Shown piece after piece: positions 52,402 through 62,399 of a DNA stretch of 64,000 nt. Both the position numbers and the translations under genes were made by a program. The number at the start of each line of letters is the position of its first letter. The stretch's first letter is position 1. The notes beneath the pieces were generated by a model that was not told the origin of the DNA, made no database searches, and was given only the letters and a program-made list of their open reading frames with translations. Where the stretch lies: assembly GCA_017934955.1 (NCBI GenBank), contig JAGBIO010000011.1, positions 39,515 to 103,514 on the forward strand, given 5' to 3'. Origin of the DNA: Clostridia bacterium (GTDB taxonomy: Bacteria > Bacillota > Clostridia > TANB77 > RGIG9151).

Positions 52402-52788
52402 ATGAATCTTACAGATCCTATTGCAGATATGTTAACTCGTATCAGAAATGCAAATTCTTCGAAGCATGCAACTGTTGATGTACCGAAGTCCAAAATGAAG
52501 AAAGCAATCGCTGACATTTTGGTAGAAGAAGGTTATATCAGTGGTTACACTGAGGATGACAGAACTTTAAAAATCACATTGAAATATGTTGGAAATAAAC
52601 AAAAGGTAATTTCCGGATTAAAGAGAATCAGCAAACCGGGATTACGTGTTTACGCAGAATGCGAAAACTTACCAAAAGTGTTAAACGGACTTGGAATCGT
52701 ATTGGTTTCCACTTCGAAAGGTGTTATGACCGATAAGAAAGCTCGTGAAGCAGGAGTAGGCGGAGAAGTTTTAGCGTATGTTTGGTAA
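52402..52788 (+). CDS. rpsH: 30S ribosomal protein S8
   Basis: N-terminus is [22 protein letters not shown].. Confidence 0.97.
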   Translation: MNLTDPIADMLTRIRNANSSKHATVDVPKSKMKKAIADILVEEGYISGYTEDDRTLKITLKYVGNKQKVISGLKRISKPGLRVYAECENLPKVLNGLGIVLVSTSKGVMTDKKAREAGVGGEVLAYVW

Positions 52789-52797
52789 GAGCCGATA

Positions 52798-52885
52798 GGA
52801 CACTTTGAGGTGTCTCGGGATTTGGACACAATAAATTGTGTCCGTACGGAGATGCAACATTGTAGGGACACAATTTATTGTGTCC
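52798..52885. repeat. REP doublet plus a decayed copy (rpsH-rplF spacer)
   Basis: A decayed GGACACTTTGAGGTGTCT lies at 52798-52816. REPs lie at 52824-52847 and 52862-52885. Confidence 0.9.
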
Positions 52886-52943
52886 GTAGAAGGAGCACTT
52901 CGTAATAAACCATTACAAGGTAACATTATAAGGGGTGAACAAA

Positions 52944-53486
52944 ATGTCAAGAATAGGTAAAGAGCCTATAGCAATTCCTGCCGGTGTTGAAGTAAAAGTA
53001 ACAGGTACAACCGTTACTGTAAAAGGACCTAAGGGAACTTTGGAAAAAAACTTCCATCCGAATATGCAGATTGCTGTTGAAAATAACGAAGTTAAGGTTA
53101 CAAGACCTGATGATAACAAAACAAACAGAGAATTACACGGATTGACAAGAGCCTTAATCAATAATATGGTAAAGGGTGTTTCCGAAGGATTCGAAAAAGC
53201 TTTGGAAATCAATGGTGTTGGATACCGTGCTCAAAAACAAGGTAATAAATTAGTAATGAATTTGGGTTATTCTCATACTGTTGAAATGGAAGAACCTAAG
53301 GGAATTACTGTTGAAGTACCTACACAAAACAGTATCATTGTAAAGGGTATTGATAATGAAGCTGTTGGTGCTTTTGCTGCTGAAATCAGAAAGAAGAGAT
53401 TACCGGAACCTTATAAGGGAAAGGGAATCAAATATACGACTGAAACAATCAGACGTAAAGAAGGTAAGACAGGAGCAAAGAAATAG
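52944..53486 (+). CDS. rplF: 50S ribosomal protein L6
   Basis: Start moved to ATG 52944 ([17 protein letters not shown]). Confidence 0.96.
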   Translation: MSRIGKEPIAIPAGVEVKVTGTTVTVKGPKGTLEKNFHPNMQIAVENNEVKVTRPDDNKTNRELHGLTRALINNMVKGVSEGFEKALEINGVGYRAQKQGNKLVMNLGYSHTVEMEEPKGITVEVPTQNSIIVKGIDNEAVGAFAAEIRKKRLPEPYKGKGIKYTTETIRRKEGKTGAKK

Positions 53487-53496
53487 GTCTTCAAAA

Positions 53497-53573
53497 GGAC
53501 AGCATAAATGCTGTCCGTACAAAGATAATGTTTTTATCAAGGTTGCTGCGTAGGGACAGCATTCATGCTGTCC
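53497..53573. repeat. REP doublet (rplF-rplR spacer)
   Basis: 53497-53520 is GGACAGCATAAATGCTGTCC-GTAC. 53550-53573 is GTAG-GGACAGCATTCATGCTGTCC. Confidence 0.92.
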
Positions 53574-53654
53574 TAAAAAAGAGGTTACTCAATTGGATGA
53601 CAAATAAATATTATCCATCGTAGCGTGAATTTTAACCGGAAGGAGTGAAATAGT

Positions 53655-54023
53655 ATGGTAAGCAAACCGAATAGTAACAAGCAAAGAGAAATTCGTCATA
53701 TGCGTGTTAGAAATAAGATTTCGGGTACTGCAGAAAGACCGAGATTGAATGTATATAGAAGCTTAAATAACATTTATGCTCAAGTAATTGACGATGTTGC
53801 CCAAAACACAATCGTTTCTGCGTCTACTTTAGATGAAGAAGTAAAGTCTAAAGTAAACGGAACAGGAAACAAAGAGGCTGCAAGAGTTGTTGGTGAATTG
53901 GTTGCAAAGCGTGCAATTGAAAAAGGTATTAAAGAAGTAGTATTTGACAGAGGCGGATATATCTATCACGGAAGAGTGAAGGAACTTGCAGAAGCTGCAA
54001 GAGAAGCCGGTCTTGAATTTTAA
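53655..54023 (+). CDS. rplR: 50S ribosomal protein L18
   Basis: ..[34 protein letters not shown].. Confidence 0.96.
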   Translation: MVSKPNSNKQREIRHMRVRNKISGTAERPRLNVYRSLNNIYAQVIDDVAQNTIVSASTLDEEVKSKVNGTGNKEAARVVGELVAKRAIEKGIKEVVFDRGGYIYHGRVKELAEAAREAGLEF

Positions 54024-54051
54024 TTTAATTAAGAAGAGGTGAAAATATATT

Positions 54052-54558
54052 ATGGATCGTAAGACAGAACATAACGATACAAATTCTGTTGAACTTAAGG
54101 AAAAAGTTGTTGCAATAAACAGAGTTGCTAAAGTTGTTAAAGGTGGTAGAAACTTTAGATTTAGTGCATTGGTTGTTGTTGGCGACGAAAATGGTCATGT
54201 TGGTGCCGGAAACGGTAAGTCCAGCGAAGTTCCGGAAGCTATCAAAAAGGCAATTGAAGATGCTAAGAAGAATATGATCGAGGTTCCGAGAGTTGAAACG
54301 ACTATTCCTCATGAAATAGTTGGAGAAGTTGGCGCAGGAAAAGTTTTATTAAAGCCTGCTTCAGAAGGTACCGGAGTTATCGCCGGTGGCGCTGTAAGAC
54401 CGATTTTGGAACTTGCAGGAATTAAAGATATCAGAACAAAGTGTATCGGAACAAACAATCCGGGAAACGTTGTTCGTGCTACTATGAAAGCTTTAAGCGA
54501 ACTTAGAACTGCAGAAGAAATTGCAGCTTTAAGAGGAAAGAAAGTAAACGAGTTATAA
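54052..54558 (+). CDS. rpsE: 30S ribosomal protein S5
   Basis: ..[32 protein letters not shown].. Confidence 0.97.
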   Translation: MDRKTEHNDTNSVELKEKVVAINRVAKVVKGGRNFRFSALVVVGDENGHVGAGNGKSSEVPEAIKKAIEDAKKNMIEVPRVETTIPHEIVGEVGAGKVLLKPASEGTGVIAGGAVRPILELAGIKDIRTKCIGTNNPGNVVRATMKALSELRTAEEIAALRGKKVNEL

Positions 54559-54616
54559 TCAGAAACATCGTTTAGCGTTAGAAAACAGAAGATTTTTATG
54601 TTGGAGGTGTAAAAAG

Positions 54617-55063
54617 ATGAACTTAAATGAATTAGTACCTGCACCGGGTTCCCGTACAAAACCTTACAGAAAAGGAAGAGGTATCGGAAGCGGAAACGGA
54701 AAAACAGCCGGAAAAGGTCATAAAGGACAAAATGCTCGTTCCGGCGGTGGCGTAAGACCTGGATTTGAAGGAGGTCAAATGCCTTTATATAGAAGAATCC
54801 CTAAGAGAGGATTTAAGAATGTATTAGCAATTCGTTACAGCGAAGTAAATGTTTCTACATTAAATAAGTTTGAAGACGGGGCTACAGTAACACCTGAGTT
54901 ATTAAAAGCAAGTGGTCTTGTAAAGAAATTGGAAGATGGCGTTTGTGTAATGGGTAATGGCGAAATTACAAAGAAATTAACAGTTAACGCTCACAGATTT
55001 ACTAAGACTGCAAAAGAAAAGATTGAAGCAGCTGGCGGAAAAGCCATTGTGATTAATGCGTAA
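54617..55063 (+). CDS. rplO: 50S ribosomal protein L15
   Basis: [38 protein letters not shown].. It follows rpsE directly, with no L30 gene between. Confidence 0.97.
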   Translation: MNLNELVPAPGSRTKPYRKGRGIGSGNGKTAGKGHKGQNARSGGGVRPGFEGGQMPLYRRIPKRGFKNVLAIRYSEVNVSTLNKFEDGATVTPELLKASGLVKKLEDGVCVMGNGEITKKLTVNAHRFTKTAKEKIEAAGGKAIVINA

Positions 55064-55086
55064 TGCATTAAAGAAAGGGGTACAGT

Positions 55087-56385
55087 ATGTTTAAAATCTT
55101 AAAGAATGCTTGGTCAGTTCCGGAACTTAGAAAAAAGATATTAATTGTGCTCGGATTATTATTGGTATTTAGATTCGGTTCTTATATTCCCGTTCCGGGA
55201 ATAAATAGAGTTGCTTTGGAGTCTATGATTAATAGTGATCAAAGTGGCTTACTCGGAGTATTTAATATTATTTCCGGTGGTGCTTTCTCGAATTTATCAA
55301 TATTTGCGATGAGTATTACGCCATATATTAATGCTTCGATTATTATTCAGTTGTTGACCGTTGCGATTCCTGCTTTGGAGAAAATGGCTAAAGAAGGAAT
55401 GGACGGAAGAAAGAAATTAGCACAGTATACAAGATACTTAACGATTGTATTGGCTTTAATCCAATCAATCGGTATTGCAATTAGCTTTAAGAGTGTGCTT
55501 TACGATACAAACTTTTTGACATATTTCATGATTGTTCTTTCGCTTACTGCGGGGACCGCGTTTATTATGTGGTTAGGTGAACAGATGACGGAATATGGAA
55601 TTGGAAACGGTACTTCGTTGATTATCTTTGCGGGTATTATTTCCGGACTTGTTGGCGGAATTCAGTCACTTCTTGCTTCGACAGGTTTCTATGAAAGCTT
55701 ATGGGGTAAGTTTGGGTTTGTTGCAATTATCTTGGTATTACTTTTGTTGATTGTGGCTGTTGTTTGGGTACAAAAGGCAGAAAGAAGAATTCCTGTTCAA
55801 TATGCAAAACGTGTCGTTGGAAGAAAAATGTATGGTGGACAATCTACTCATATTCCGATTGCACTTAGCATGTCAGGAGTTATGCCGATTATTTTGGCAA
55901 TGTCAATTTTGATGTTCCCTGCAATGATCATTAACTTGGTAACAAAGGCAAATCCGCAAGGAATTTGGTATGTTATCTATCATTTATGTAATAATTCTGC
56001 AAATAGCGGAATAGGGTATACGGTGGGCTATTGTATTATATATTCGTTGTTGATTATTGGTTTTACGTTCTTCTATACGATTATTGTGTTCAATCCGGTA
56101 GAGGTTGCTAATAATTTGAAGAAGAATGGTGGTTTTATTCCTGGTATTAGAGCCGGTAAGCCTACTGCTGATTATTTAGCGAATGTATTAAACAAAATTA
56201 CGATTTTTGGTGCAGTGTTTATTGCATTGGTTGCGATTTTCCCTGTTATTGTGCAAACAATTACAGGAATCACCATCGGATTCGGTGGTACAGCATTGTT
56301 AATCGTGGTTGGTGTTGCACTCGAAACTGTAAAACAATTAGAAGCACAGTTGGTTATGAAACACTATAAAGGATTTTTAGATTAA
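55087..56385 (+). CDS. secY: Preprotein translocase subunit SecY
   Basis: 432 aa with 10 TM segments. ..ITPYINASIIIQLL.. Position after rplO. Confidence 0.97.
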   Translation: MFKILKNAWSVPELRKKILIVLGLLLVFRFGSYIPVPGINRVALESMINSDQSGLLGVFNIISGGAFSNLSIFAMSITPYINASIIIQLLTVAIPALEKMAKEGMDGRKKLAQYTRYLTIVLALIQSIGIAISFKSVLYDTNFLTYFMIVLSLTAGTAFIMWLGEQMTEYGIGNGTSLIIFAGIISGLVGGIQSLLASTGFYESLWGKFGFVAIILVLLLLIVAVVWVQKAERRIPVQYAKRVVGRKMYGGQSTHIPIALSMSGVMPIILAMSILMFPAMIINLVTKANPQGIWYVIYHLCNNSANSGIGYTVGYCIIYSLLIIGFTFFYTIIVFNPVEVANNLKKNGGFIPGIRAGKPTADYLANVLNKITIFGAVFIALVAIFPVIVQTITGITIGFGGTALLIVVGVALETVKQLEAQLVMKHYKGFLD

Positions 56386-56513
56386 TAAATGAATGAAGAA
56401 ACGAAGGATGTTTGGAACGGAGAAATTGCCCCTTTTGCTAAAAAGAGCGGACTTACTTTCCGTTCTGAATAGTCTTCGATTTTTCTTTTTTGTATAAAGA
56501 CTTCTGTAGCTTT

Positions 56514-56674
56514 GCAGGGACACAATTCGCGGACGTAACACCATGAGCGTAGTAAATGGATGTACGTCCTGTGCAAAGAAATTCCAAGAACGAAGTGATT
56601 GGGAAATTTCGACTGCTATTGTGTCCAGGAAATAGGCTGTAGTAGAACTAGGACACAATAAATTGTGTCCGTAC
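56514..56674. repeat. REP apparently split by an ~89-nt insert, plus one intact REP (secY-adk spacer)
   Basis: The left half GCAG-GGACACAAT-TC lies at 56514-56528. The right half ATTGTGTCC lies at 56618-56626, with the usual AGGAAATAGGC flank. The intact REP is 56651-56674. Confidence 0.7.
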
Positions 56675-56712
56675 GGATTGTGTAGAACATAAAAAATTGC
56701 AGAGGTGATAAT

Positions 56713-57411
56713 ATGCGTTTGGTAATGTTGGGAGCGCCGGGTTCTGGTAAGGGAACACAGGCAGAAAGACTTAGCAAGAAATATGGAATACCTCAAATTT
56801 CAACAGGAGAATTATTTCGTTCTCTTCGAAAGGGAGAACAGCTTCCGGGAATGTCTTTACCGCAGGAAGTAATTGATGAAATTTCTTCTTTGATTAATAA
56901 CGGATGTTTTGTATCGGATGATATTACGATTCAAGTAATTGAGAATCGAATTGCTTTACCGGATTGCGAAAACGGGTTTATTTTAGATGGATTTCCACGA
57001 AATATTCCGCAAGGCGAGGCTTTAGATGCACTTTTGAAGAAGCATAGCATTCATTTGGATGCGGTTTTGGAGATTGATGTACCGGATGATGCGATTGTGG
57101 ATCGTTTGAGCGGAAGAAGATATTGTCCGGCTTGTGGAAGAACCTATCACTTGGACGCTAAGATGCCGACGGAGGAAGAAAGAGCGACTTGTCCGGAGGG
57201 ATGTCGTAACTTAATTCAAAGAGATGACGATAAACCGGAGGTTGTGAAAAAGAGATTGGTTACATATCATGATGTTACGGAACATTTGAAACCTTACTAT
57301 AAGGAACAGGGTAAATTAATTACCGTAGTAGGAAGAAAGAAATTGGAAAAGACGATTCGTGACGTAGATCGTGCGTTGGAGAGTATTGAAAAAAATCGAA
57401 TTGAGGCGTGA
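56713..57411 (+). CDS. adk: Adenylate kinase (zinc-lid type)
   Basis: The P-loop is GAPGSGKGTQ. The lid is CPACGRTYH...CPEGC. Confidence 0.96.
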   Translation: MRLVMLGAPGSGKGTQAERLSKKYGIPQISTGELFRSLRKGEQLPGMSLPQEVIDEISSLINNGCFVSDDITIQVIENRIALPDCENGFILDGFPRNIPQGEALDALLKKHSIHLDAVLEIDVPDDAIVDRLSGRRYCPACGRTYHLDAKMPTEEERATCPEGCRNLIQRDDDKPEVVKKRLVTYHDVTEHLKPYYKEQGKLITVVGRKKLEKTIRDVDRALESIEKNRIEA

Positions 57412-57413
57412 AG

Positions 57414-58178
57414 ATGATTTTAATTAAATCAGAAAAAGAGATTGAATTAATGAGAGAGCCATGTCGAATTGTCGGTTTGGCGTTGCAAAAAATGGAAGAG
57501 GCAATTAAGCCGGGGATGACGACGAAGGACTTGGATAAAATTGCGGAAATTGTTTTAAGACAAGAGGGAGCGAAACCGTCTTTTAAAGGACAGATGGGTT
57601 TTGAAGGAAGTAAGCCGTATCCGGCGATTATTTGTGCTTCGGTAAATCAGCAAGTGATTCATGGGATTCCGGATGACTATGTTTTAAAAGAGGGCGATAT
57701 TGTCAGCGTTGATATGGGAGCGTATAAGAATGGCTATCATGGAGACGCGGCGAGAACTTTTGCTGTTGGTGAGGTTTCCGCTCAGGCGAAAAAGTTGATT
57801 GAAGTGACAAAGCAGAGCTTTTTTGAGGGAATTAAAATGGCAAAAGCGGGAAATCGTGTTTCGGATATTTCGCACGCAGTGCAAGCGTATGCAGAAAGCT
57901 TTGGCTTTTCAGTAGTGCGTGATTTCGTGGGACATGGTGTCGGAAAAGAATTACATGAAGAACCACAGGTTCCGAATTACGGTAAGCCGGGACGCGGACC
58001 GAGACTTCAAAAGGGAATGGTAATTGCGGTAGAACCGATGATTAACGAAGGAACTTTTGAAATCGATATTTTGAAAAACGGTTGGACGGTTGTGACTTGC
58101 GACGGAAAATTGTCGGCACATTATGAGAATACGATTGCGATTACCGATGGAGAGCCGGAAATTTTAACGAAGGTGTAG
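57414..58178 (+). CDS. map: Methionine aminopeptidase, type I
   Basis: MILIKSEKEIELMRE.. with metal ligands in D..D / H / E / E context (VDMGAYKNGYHGD, HGVGKELHEEP, IAVEPMI). Confidence 0.95.
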   Translation: MILIKSEKEIELMREPCRIVGLALQKMEEAIKPGMTTKDLDKIAEIVLRQEGAKPSFKGQMGFEGSKPYPAIICASVNQQVIHGIPDDYVLKEGDIVSVDMGAYKNGYHGDAARTFAVGEVSAQAKKLIEVTKQSFFEGIKMAKAGNRVSDISHAVQAYAESFGFSVVRDFVGHGVGKELHEEPQVPNYGKPGRGPRLQKGMVIAVEPMINEGTFEIDILKNGWTVVTCDGKLSAHYENTIAITDGEPEILTKV

Positions 58179-58184
58179 AAAATT

Positions 58185-58280
58185 GGACACAATAAATTGT
58201 GTCCGTACAGGATTGAGGCTATTGTGTTATTTTGTTCACACAGAAGGCAGAGAGCAGGACAGCATGAATGCTGTCCGTAC
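58185..58280. repeat. Two REPs plus a decayed copy (map-infA spacer)
   Basis: 58185-58208 is the CACAAT class. 58257-58280 is the CAGCAT class. A decayed GTTCACACAGAAGGCAGAG flank lies between them. Confidence 0.9.
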
Positions 58281-58340
58281 AATGATTGTACCATCATAGA
58301 AAAATATATAAAAAATTACCGATAAAATATTGTGAAAACG

Positions 58341-58369
58341 TTGACAGAATGTGGATACTCTGATATAAT
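58341..58369 (+). promoter_or_regulatory. Consensus sigma-A promoter upstream of infA
   Basis: TTGACA (58341-58346), a 17-nt spacer, then TATAAT (58364-58369). Confidence 0.7.
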
Positions 58370-58412
58370 ATATGAGTTGAAATAAACATTTTTTAACATT
58401 TTGGAGGTTTTT

Positions 58413-58631
58413 ATGGCTAAAGAAGATGTTATTGAAGTAGAAGGCACCGTATTAGAGGCGTTGCCTAATGCGATGTTTCAGGTAGAACTGGAAAATGGGC
58501 ATAAAATTCTTGCACATATTTCCGGAAAACTACGCATGAATTTCATTAAAATTTTGCCGGGAGACAAAGTAAAATTGGAGCTTTCTCCATATGATTTGAC
58601 TCGTGGAAGAATTACATGGAGAGCAAAGTAA
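58413..58631 (+). CDS. infA: Translation initiation factor IF-1
   Basis: Start moved to ATG 58413 ([53 protein letters not shown]). Confidence 0.97.
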   Translation: MAKEDVIEVEGTVLEALPNAMFQVELENGHKILAHISGKLRMNFIKILPGDKVKLELSPYDLTRGRITWRAK

Positions 58632-58674
58632 TGAAACGTATTTTGCAAATTAATTAAGAGAGGAATGAAATGAA

Positions 58675-58788
58675 ATGAAAGTAAGACCATCAGTAAAGAA
58701 AATTTGTGAAAAATGCAAATTCATCAGAAGAAAGGGTACTTTACGCGTAATTTGTGAAAACCCTAAACACAAACAAAGACAAGGCTAG
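58675..58788 (+). CDS. rpmJ: 50S ribosomal protein L36
   Basis: [37 protein letters not shown] (37 aa), read directly from the sequence. It is below the ORF-track cutoff. Confidence 0.95.
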   Translation: MKVRPSVKKICEKCKFIRRKGTLRVICENPKHKQRQG

Positions 58789-59067
58789 GCATTATTTGCT
58801 TAGCGAAATCGAGCCTAAAGGGCGAAGAGTGAGGTTAGCAAATAAGCCCGCAGAAATTCGAAGAATTTCTGTGAACCTTAATTAAGTTTAACAATCGTAA
58901 TTTTAATTTGAAAAATTCAATAGTAGGGCGGCTGAGTAACTTTGTTACTTTCCTCTATTGTTTTTATATCGTCTGTGAGAAAGGTTGAGCACTTGATTGC
59001 AGACAATTAGTTGTGTCTTCTAATATACAAAAAGACAGTAAAATTTTTTGGAGGTGTAAATTTAAAT

Positions 59068-59430
59068 ATGGCACGTATCGCAGGTGTTGATTTACCAAGA
59101 GAAAAACGTATTGAAATTGGATTAACCTATATTTTCGGTATTGGTAGAACATTATCAAATGAAATCTTAGCTGAAACGGGAATTAATCCTGACACAAGAG
59201 TAAAGGATCTTACTGACGATCAAATCAGTAAATTGAGAGATTCTATTGAAAAGAATCATAAAGTTGAAGGTGATTTACGTAGAGAAATCGCTTTGAATAT
59301 TAAGAGATTAATGGAAATCGGTTGCTATCGTGGAACAAGACATAAGAAGGGTTTGCCGGTAAGAGGTCAAAGAACCAAGACAAATGCCCGTACATGTAAG
59401 GGTCCTAAAAAAGCAGCAGGTAAGAAATAA
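59068..59430 (+). CDS. rpsM: 30S ribosomal protein S13
   Basis: Start moved to ATG 59068 ([26 protein letters not shown]). Confidence 0.97.
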   Translation: MARIAGVDLPREKRIEIGLTYIFGIGRTLSNEILAETGINPDTRVKDLTDDQISKLRDSIEKNHKVEGDLRREIALNIKRLMEIGCYRGTRHKKGLPVRGQRTKTNARTCKGPKKAAGKK

Positions 59431-59443
59431 GGAGGGGTGAATC

Positions 59444-59839
59444 ATGGCAGGTAAAACTACTACAAAGAGAGTTAGAAGAATACAGAAAAAAAATATTGAA
59501 AAGGGTGCGGCTCATATTCATTCAACCTTTAACAATACAATTGTTACATTGACGGATGATGCCGGAAACGTTATTTCTTGGGCAAGTGCCGGAGAATTGG
59601 GATTCAAAGGTTCCAGAAAGAGCACACCGTTTGCTGCACAGATGGCTGCTGAAACAGCTTCTAAGACAGCAATGGAACACGGACTTAGAAAAGTTGATGT
59701 TTTCGTAAAAGGTCCCGGTGCAGGTCGTGAAGCTGCAATTCGTGCACTTCAAGCTGCCGGAATTGAAGTAACTTCGATTAAAGATGTTACACCGATTCCT
59801 CACAACGGTTGCAGACCGCCTAAGAGAAGAAGAGTTTAA
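59444..59839 (+). CDS. rpsK: 30S ribosomal protein S11
   Basis: ..[30 protein letters not shown].. Confidence 0.97.
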   Translation: MAGKTTTKRVRRIQKKNIEKGAAHIHSTFNNTIVTLTDDAGNVISWASAGELGFKGSRKSTPFAAQMAAETASKTAMEHGLRKVDVFVKGPGAGREAAIRALQAAGIEVTSIKDVTPIPHNGCRPPKRRRV

Positions 59840-59894
59840 TGCTAAATTTTAATAGGAGAGATCTTATAATTTTATAAAGGAGTTGAATGGAATA

Positions 59895-60521
59895 ATGGCA
59901 AGATATACTGACGCATCATGTCGTCTTTGTCGTAGAGAAGGCGAAAAATTGTTCTTAAAAGGAACAAGATGTTATACAGATAAATGTGCTGTCGCAAGAC
60001 GTAATCAAGCTCCGGGTCAACATGGCGCTAAGAAGAAAAAGTTGTCCGAATACGGAGTTCAATTAAGAGAAAAACAAAAAGCAAAACAATTTTACGGTGT
60101 TTTAGAAAGCCAATTTAGAAAATATTTTGAAATGGCTTCCAATAAAAAGGGAATCACCGGTGAAAACTTGTTACAAATCTTAGAAACAAGATTAGATAAT
60201 ATCGTTTACAGAATGGGTTTGGCAACATCTCGTTCTGAAGCAAGACAAATTGTTCGTCACGGACATATTGTTGTAAATGGTAAAAAGGTAAATATTCCTT
60301 CTTACTTAGTTGAAAAAGAAGATGTTGTTTCTTTAGCAGAAAGCAGCATGAATGATGAAAAATTCAAGGTAATTATGGAACAAACTTCTGGAAGAACAGT
60401 TCCGGCTTGGATCGATTTTAACGCAGAGCAAAAGAAAGCTACTGTATTGGAACTTCCGAAGAGAGAAGATATCGATTTACCGGTTCAAGAACACTTAATC
60501 GTAGAACTTTACTCCAAGTAA
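59895..60521 (+). CDS. rpsD: 30S ribosomal protein S4
   Basis: Start moved to ATG 59895 ([23 protein letters not shown]). Confidence 0.95.
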   Translation: MARYTDASCRLCRREGEKLFLKGTRCYTDKCAVARRNQAPGQHGAKKKKLSEYGVQLREKQKAKQFYGVLESQFRKYFEMASNKKGITGENLLQILETRLDNIVYRMGLATSRSEARQIVRHGHIVVNGKKVNIPSYLVEKEDVVSLAESSMNDEKFKVIMEQTSGRTVPAWIDFNAEQKKATVLELPKREDIDLPVQEHLIVELYSK

Positions 60522-60607
60522 TAATTGAAGGATTCAAAAGTCTTTTATTAGTTCATAAGCGGTTGGAATTCGTAGATTCTAACCTCTAATTAGGAGGAGG
60601 TTATAAA

Positions 60608-61555
60608 ATGATAGAAATCGAAAAACCAAAGATTGAATGTGTAGAACTTAGTGAAGAAAACGGTTACGGAAAATTTACCGTAGAACCGCTTGAACGCGGA
60701 TATGGTACAACTTTGGGAAATTCGTTACGCAGAATTTTGCTTTCATCCCTTCCGGGAGGAGCAATTAACAGTATCAAAATCGACGGAGTGTTACATGAGT
60801 TCTCTACTGTTCCGGGAGTTGTAGAAGACGTAACGGAAATCATTTTGAATGTAAAGCAGTTAGCGCTTGCGATTCATAGTGACGGAGAAAAAACATTGGT
60901 AATCGATGCGAATAAAGAAGGCATTGTAACTGCCGGAGATATTCAGACAGATGCAGATGTTGAAATCTTAAATCCGGATTTATATATTTGTACAATTGCG
61001 AAGGGCGGAAGCCTTCATGCTGAAATGACAGCACATAAGGGTCGTGGTTATGTTTCTGCTGAAAGAAATAAACAATACGGTCAAGCAATTGGATTGATTC
61101 CGGTAGATTCAATCTATACCCCTGTTAAAAAGGTAAATTATACGATTGAAAATACCAGAGTTGGTCAAATTACGGATTACGACAAATTGATTTTGGAAGT
61201 TTGGACAAACAAAACAATCAAGGCAGAAGAGGCAGTAAGTCTTGCTGCTAAGATTATGAGTGAACATTTGAACTTGTTTATTGATTTGTCGGAAAAAGCT
61301 AAGAATACAGAATTTATGGTTGAAAAAGAAGATTCCGGTAAGGAAAAAATCTTAGAAATGACCATTGAAGAATTAGATTTATCGGTAAGATCTTATAACT
61401 GTTTGAAGCGTGCTGGTATTAATACGGTTCAAAACTTAATCGAAAAGACGGAAGATGAAATGATGAAAGTTAGAAACTTGGGTAGAAAGTCTTTAGAGGA
61501 AGTTTTACAGAAAATTGACAGTTTAGGATTGAAATTAGCTCCAAGTGAGGAATAA
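60608..61555 (+). CDS. rpoA: DNA-directed RNA polymerase subunit alpha
   Basis: [47 protein letters not shown].. with the C-terminal domain ..[14 protein letters not shown].. Confidence 0.97.
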   Translation: MIEIEKPKIECVELSEENGYGKFTVEPLERGYGTTLGNSLRRILLSSLPGGAINSIKIDGVLHEFSTVPGVVEDVTEIILNVKQLALAIHSDGEKTLVIDANKEGIVTAGDIQTDADVEILNPDLYICTIAKGGSLHAEMTAHKGRGYVSAERNKQYGQAIGLIPVDSIYTPVKKVNYTIENTRVGQITDYDKLILEVWTNKTIKAEEAVSLAAKIMSEHLNLFIDLSEKAKNTEFMVEKEDSGKEKILEMTIEELDLSVRSYNCLKRAGINTVQNLIEKTEDEMMKVRNLGRKSLEEVLQKIDSLGLKLAPSEE

Positions 61556-61582
61556 TTAAATTTTGTAAGGAGGAAAGAAGAC

Positions 61583-62107
61583 ATGGCAGGTACGAGAAAA
61601 TTAGGACGCACTACTGACCATAGATTGTCTATGCTTAGAACTCTTACAACTTCGCTTTTATTAAATGGCAAGATTGAAACCACAGAAGCAAAAGCAAAAG
61701 AAGTAAGACCTATCGTAGAAAAACTCATTACGCTTGGTATTAAAGAGCAAGCAAATGTAACAACAGCTGAAAAAACAGTAAGCTATGCAAAGGTAGATGC
61801 AAAGGGAAATAAAGTATTGGTTGATGCAACAAGCAAAAACGGCAGAAAATATAAAAAGGTAGAAAGAGAAACCATTAAGAAGACAGTTGAAATCGATTTA
61901 CCTTCTAAACTTGCTGCAAGAAGAACAATGTTTAAGTACGTTAACAAAGTAAAGGATAATGACGGAAAGAATATTGATTTGACAGCAAAATTGTTTGGCG
62001 AATTGGCTGATAAGTACAAGGATAGAACAGGCGGATATACAAGAATTTTGAAGCTTGGTCAAAGACGTGGCGACGCAGCTGAGATGGTTATTTTGGAATT
62101 GATTTAA
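61583..62107 (+). CDS. rplQ: 50S ribosomal protein L17 with a ~50-aa internal insertion (174 aa)
   Basis: The N-terminus is ..RKLGRTTDHRLSMLRTLTTSLLLNGKIETTEAKAKEVR.. and the C-terminus is ..GGYTRILKLGQRRGDAAEMVILELI. A Lys-rich insert lies between them. Confidence 0.95.
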   Translation: MAGTRKLGRTTDHRLSMLRTLTTSLLLNGKIETTEAKAKEVRPIVEKLITLGIKEQANVTTAEKTVSYAKVDAKGNKVLVDATSKNGRKYKKVERETIKKTVEIDLPSKLAARRTMFKYVNKVKDNDGKNIDLTAKLFGELADKYKDRTGGYTRILKLGQRRGDAAEMVILELI

Positions 62108-62126
62108 TAGTTTTATATCACTTATT

Positions 62127-62164
62127 GAGGGTGGAAAATTCGGAAAGGATTTTCCACTCTTTTG
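62127..62164 (+). terminator. Rho-independent terminator ending the alpha operon
   Basis: GAGGGTGGAAAAT-TCGGAAAGG-ATTTTCCACTC-TTTT. Confidence 0.75.
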
Positions 62165-62399
62165 GTTGTATAGGAAAAATCGAAGATTTTGCCTATACAA
62201 CAACGAAAGTATCATAGTGTTTGCCCGTAGGGCAACATGAGTAAATCAAAAATCTTTGATTTTTAGATTTACACTTTTGTTCTATATGCTTCTTACGTTC
62301 CTTTTTGTTTTATAATAGGATAAAAAAATAGTATGGAAATAGTTTACATCAAAAATCATACACTTCCTAATTGACTAAAATACGCCATTAAAAAACGTT

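Noticed and set aside
56377-56796. 139-aa minus-strand ORF, and a 27-aa plus-strand ORF (56388-56471), in the secY-adk spacer
   Set aside because: The minus-strand ORF spans REP sequence and the adk start. The 27-aa ORF has no convincing RBS. The spacer is better explained by REPs and an insert.
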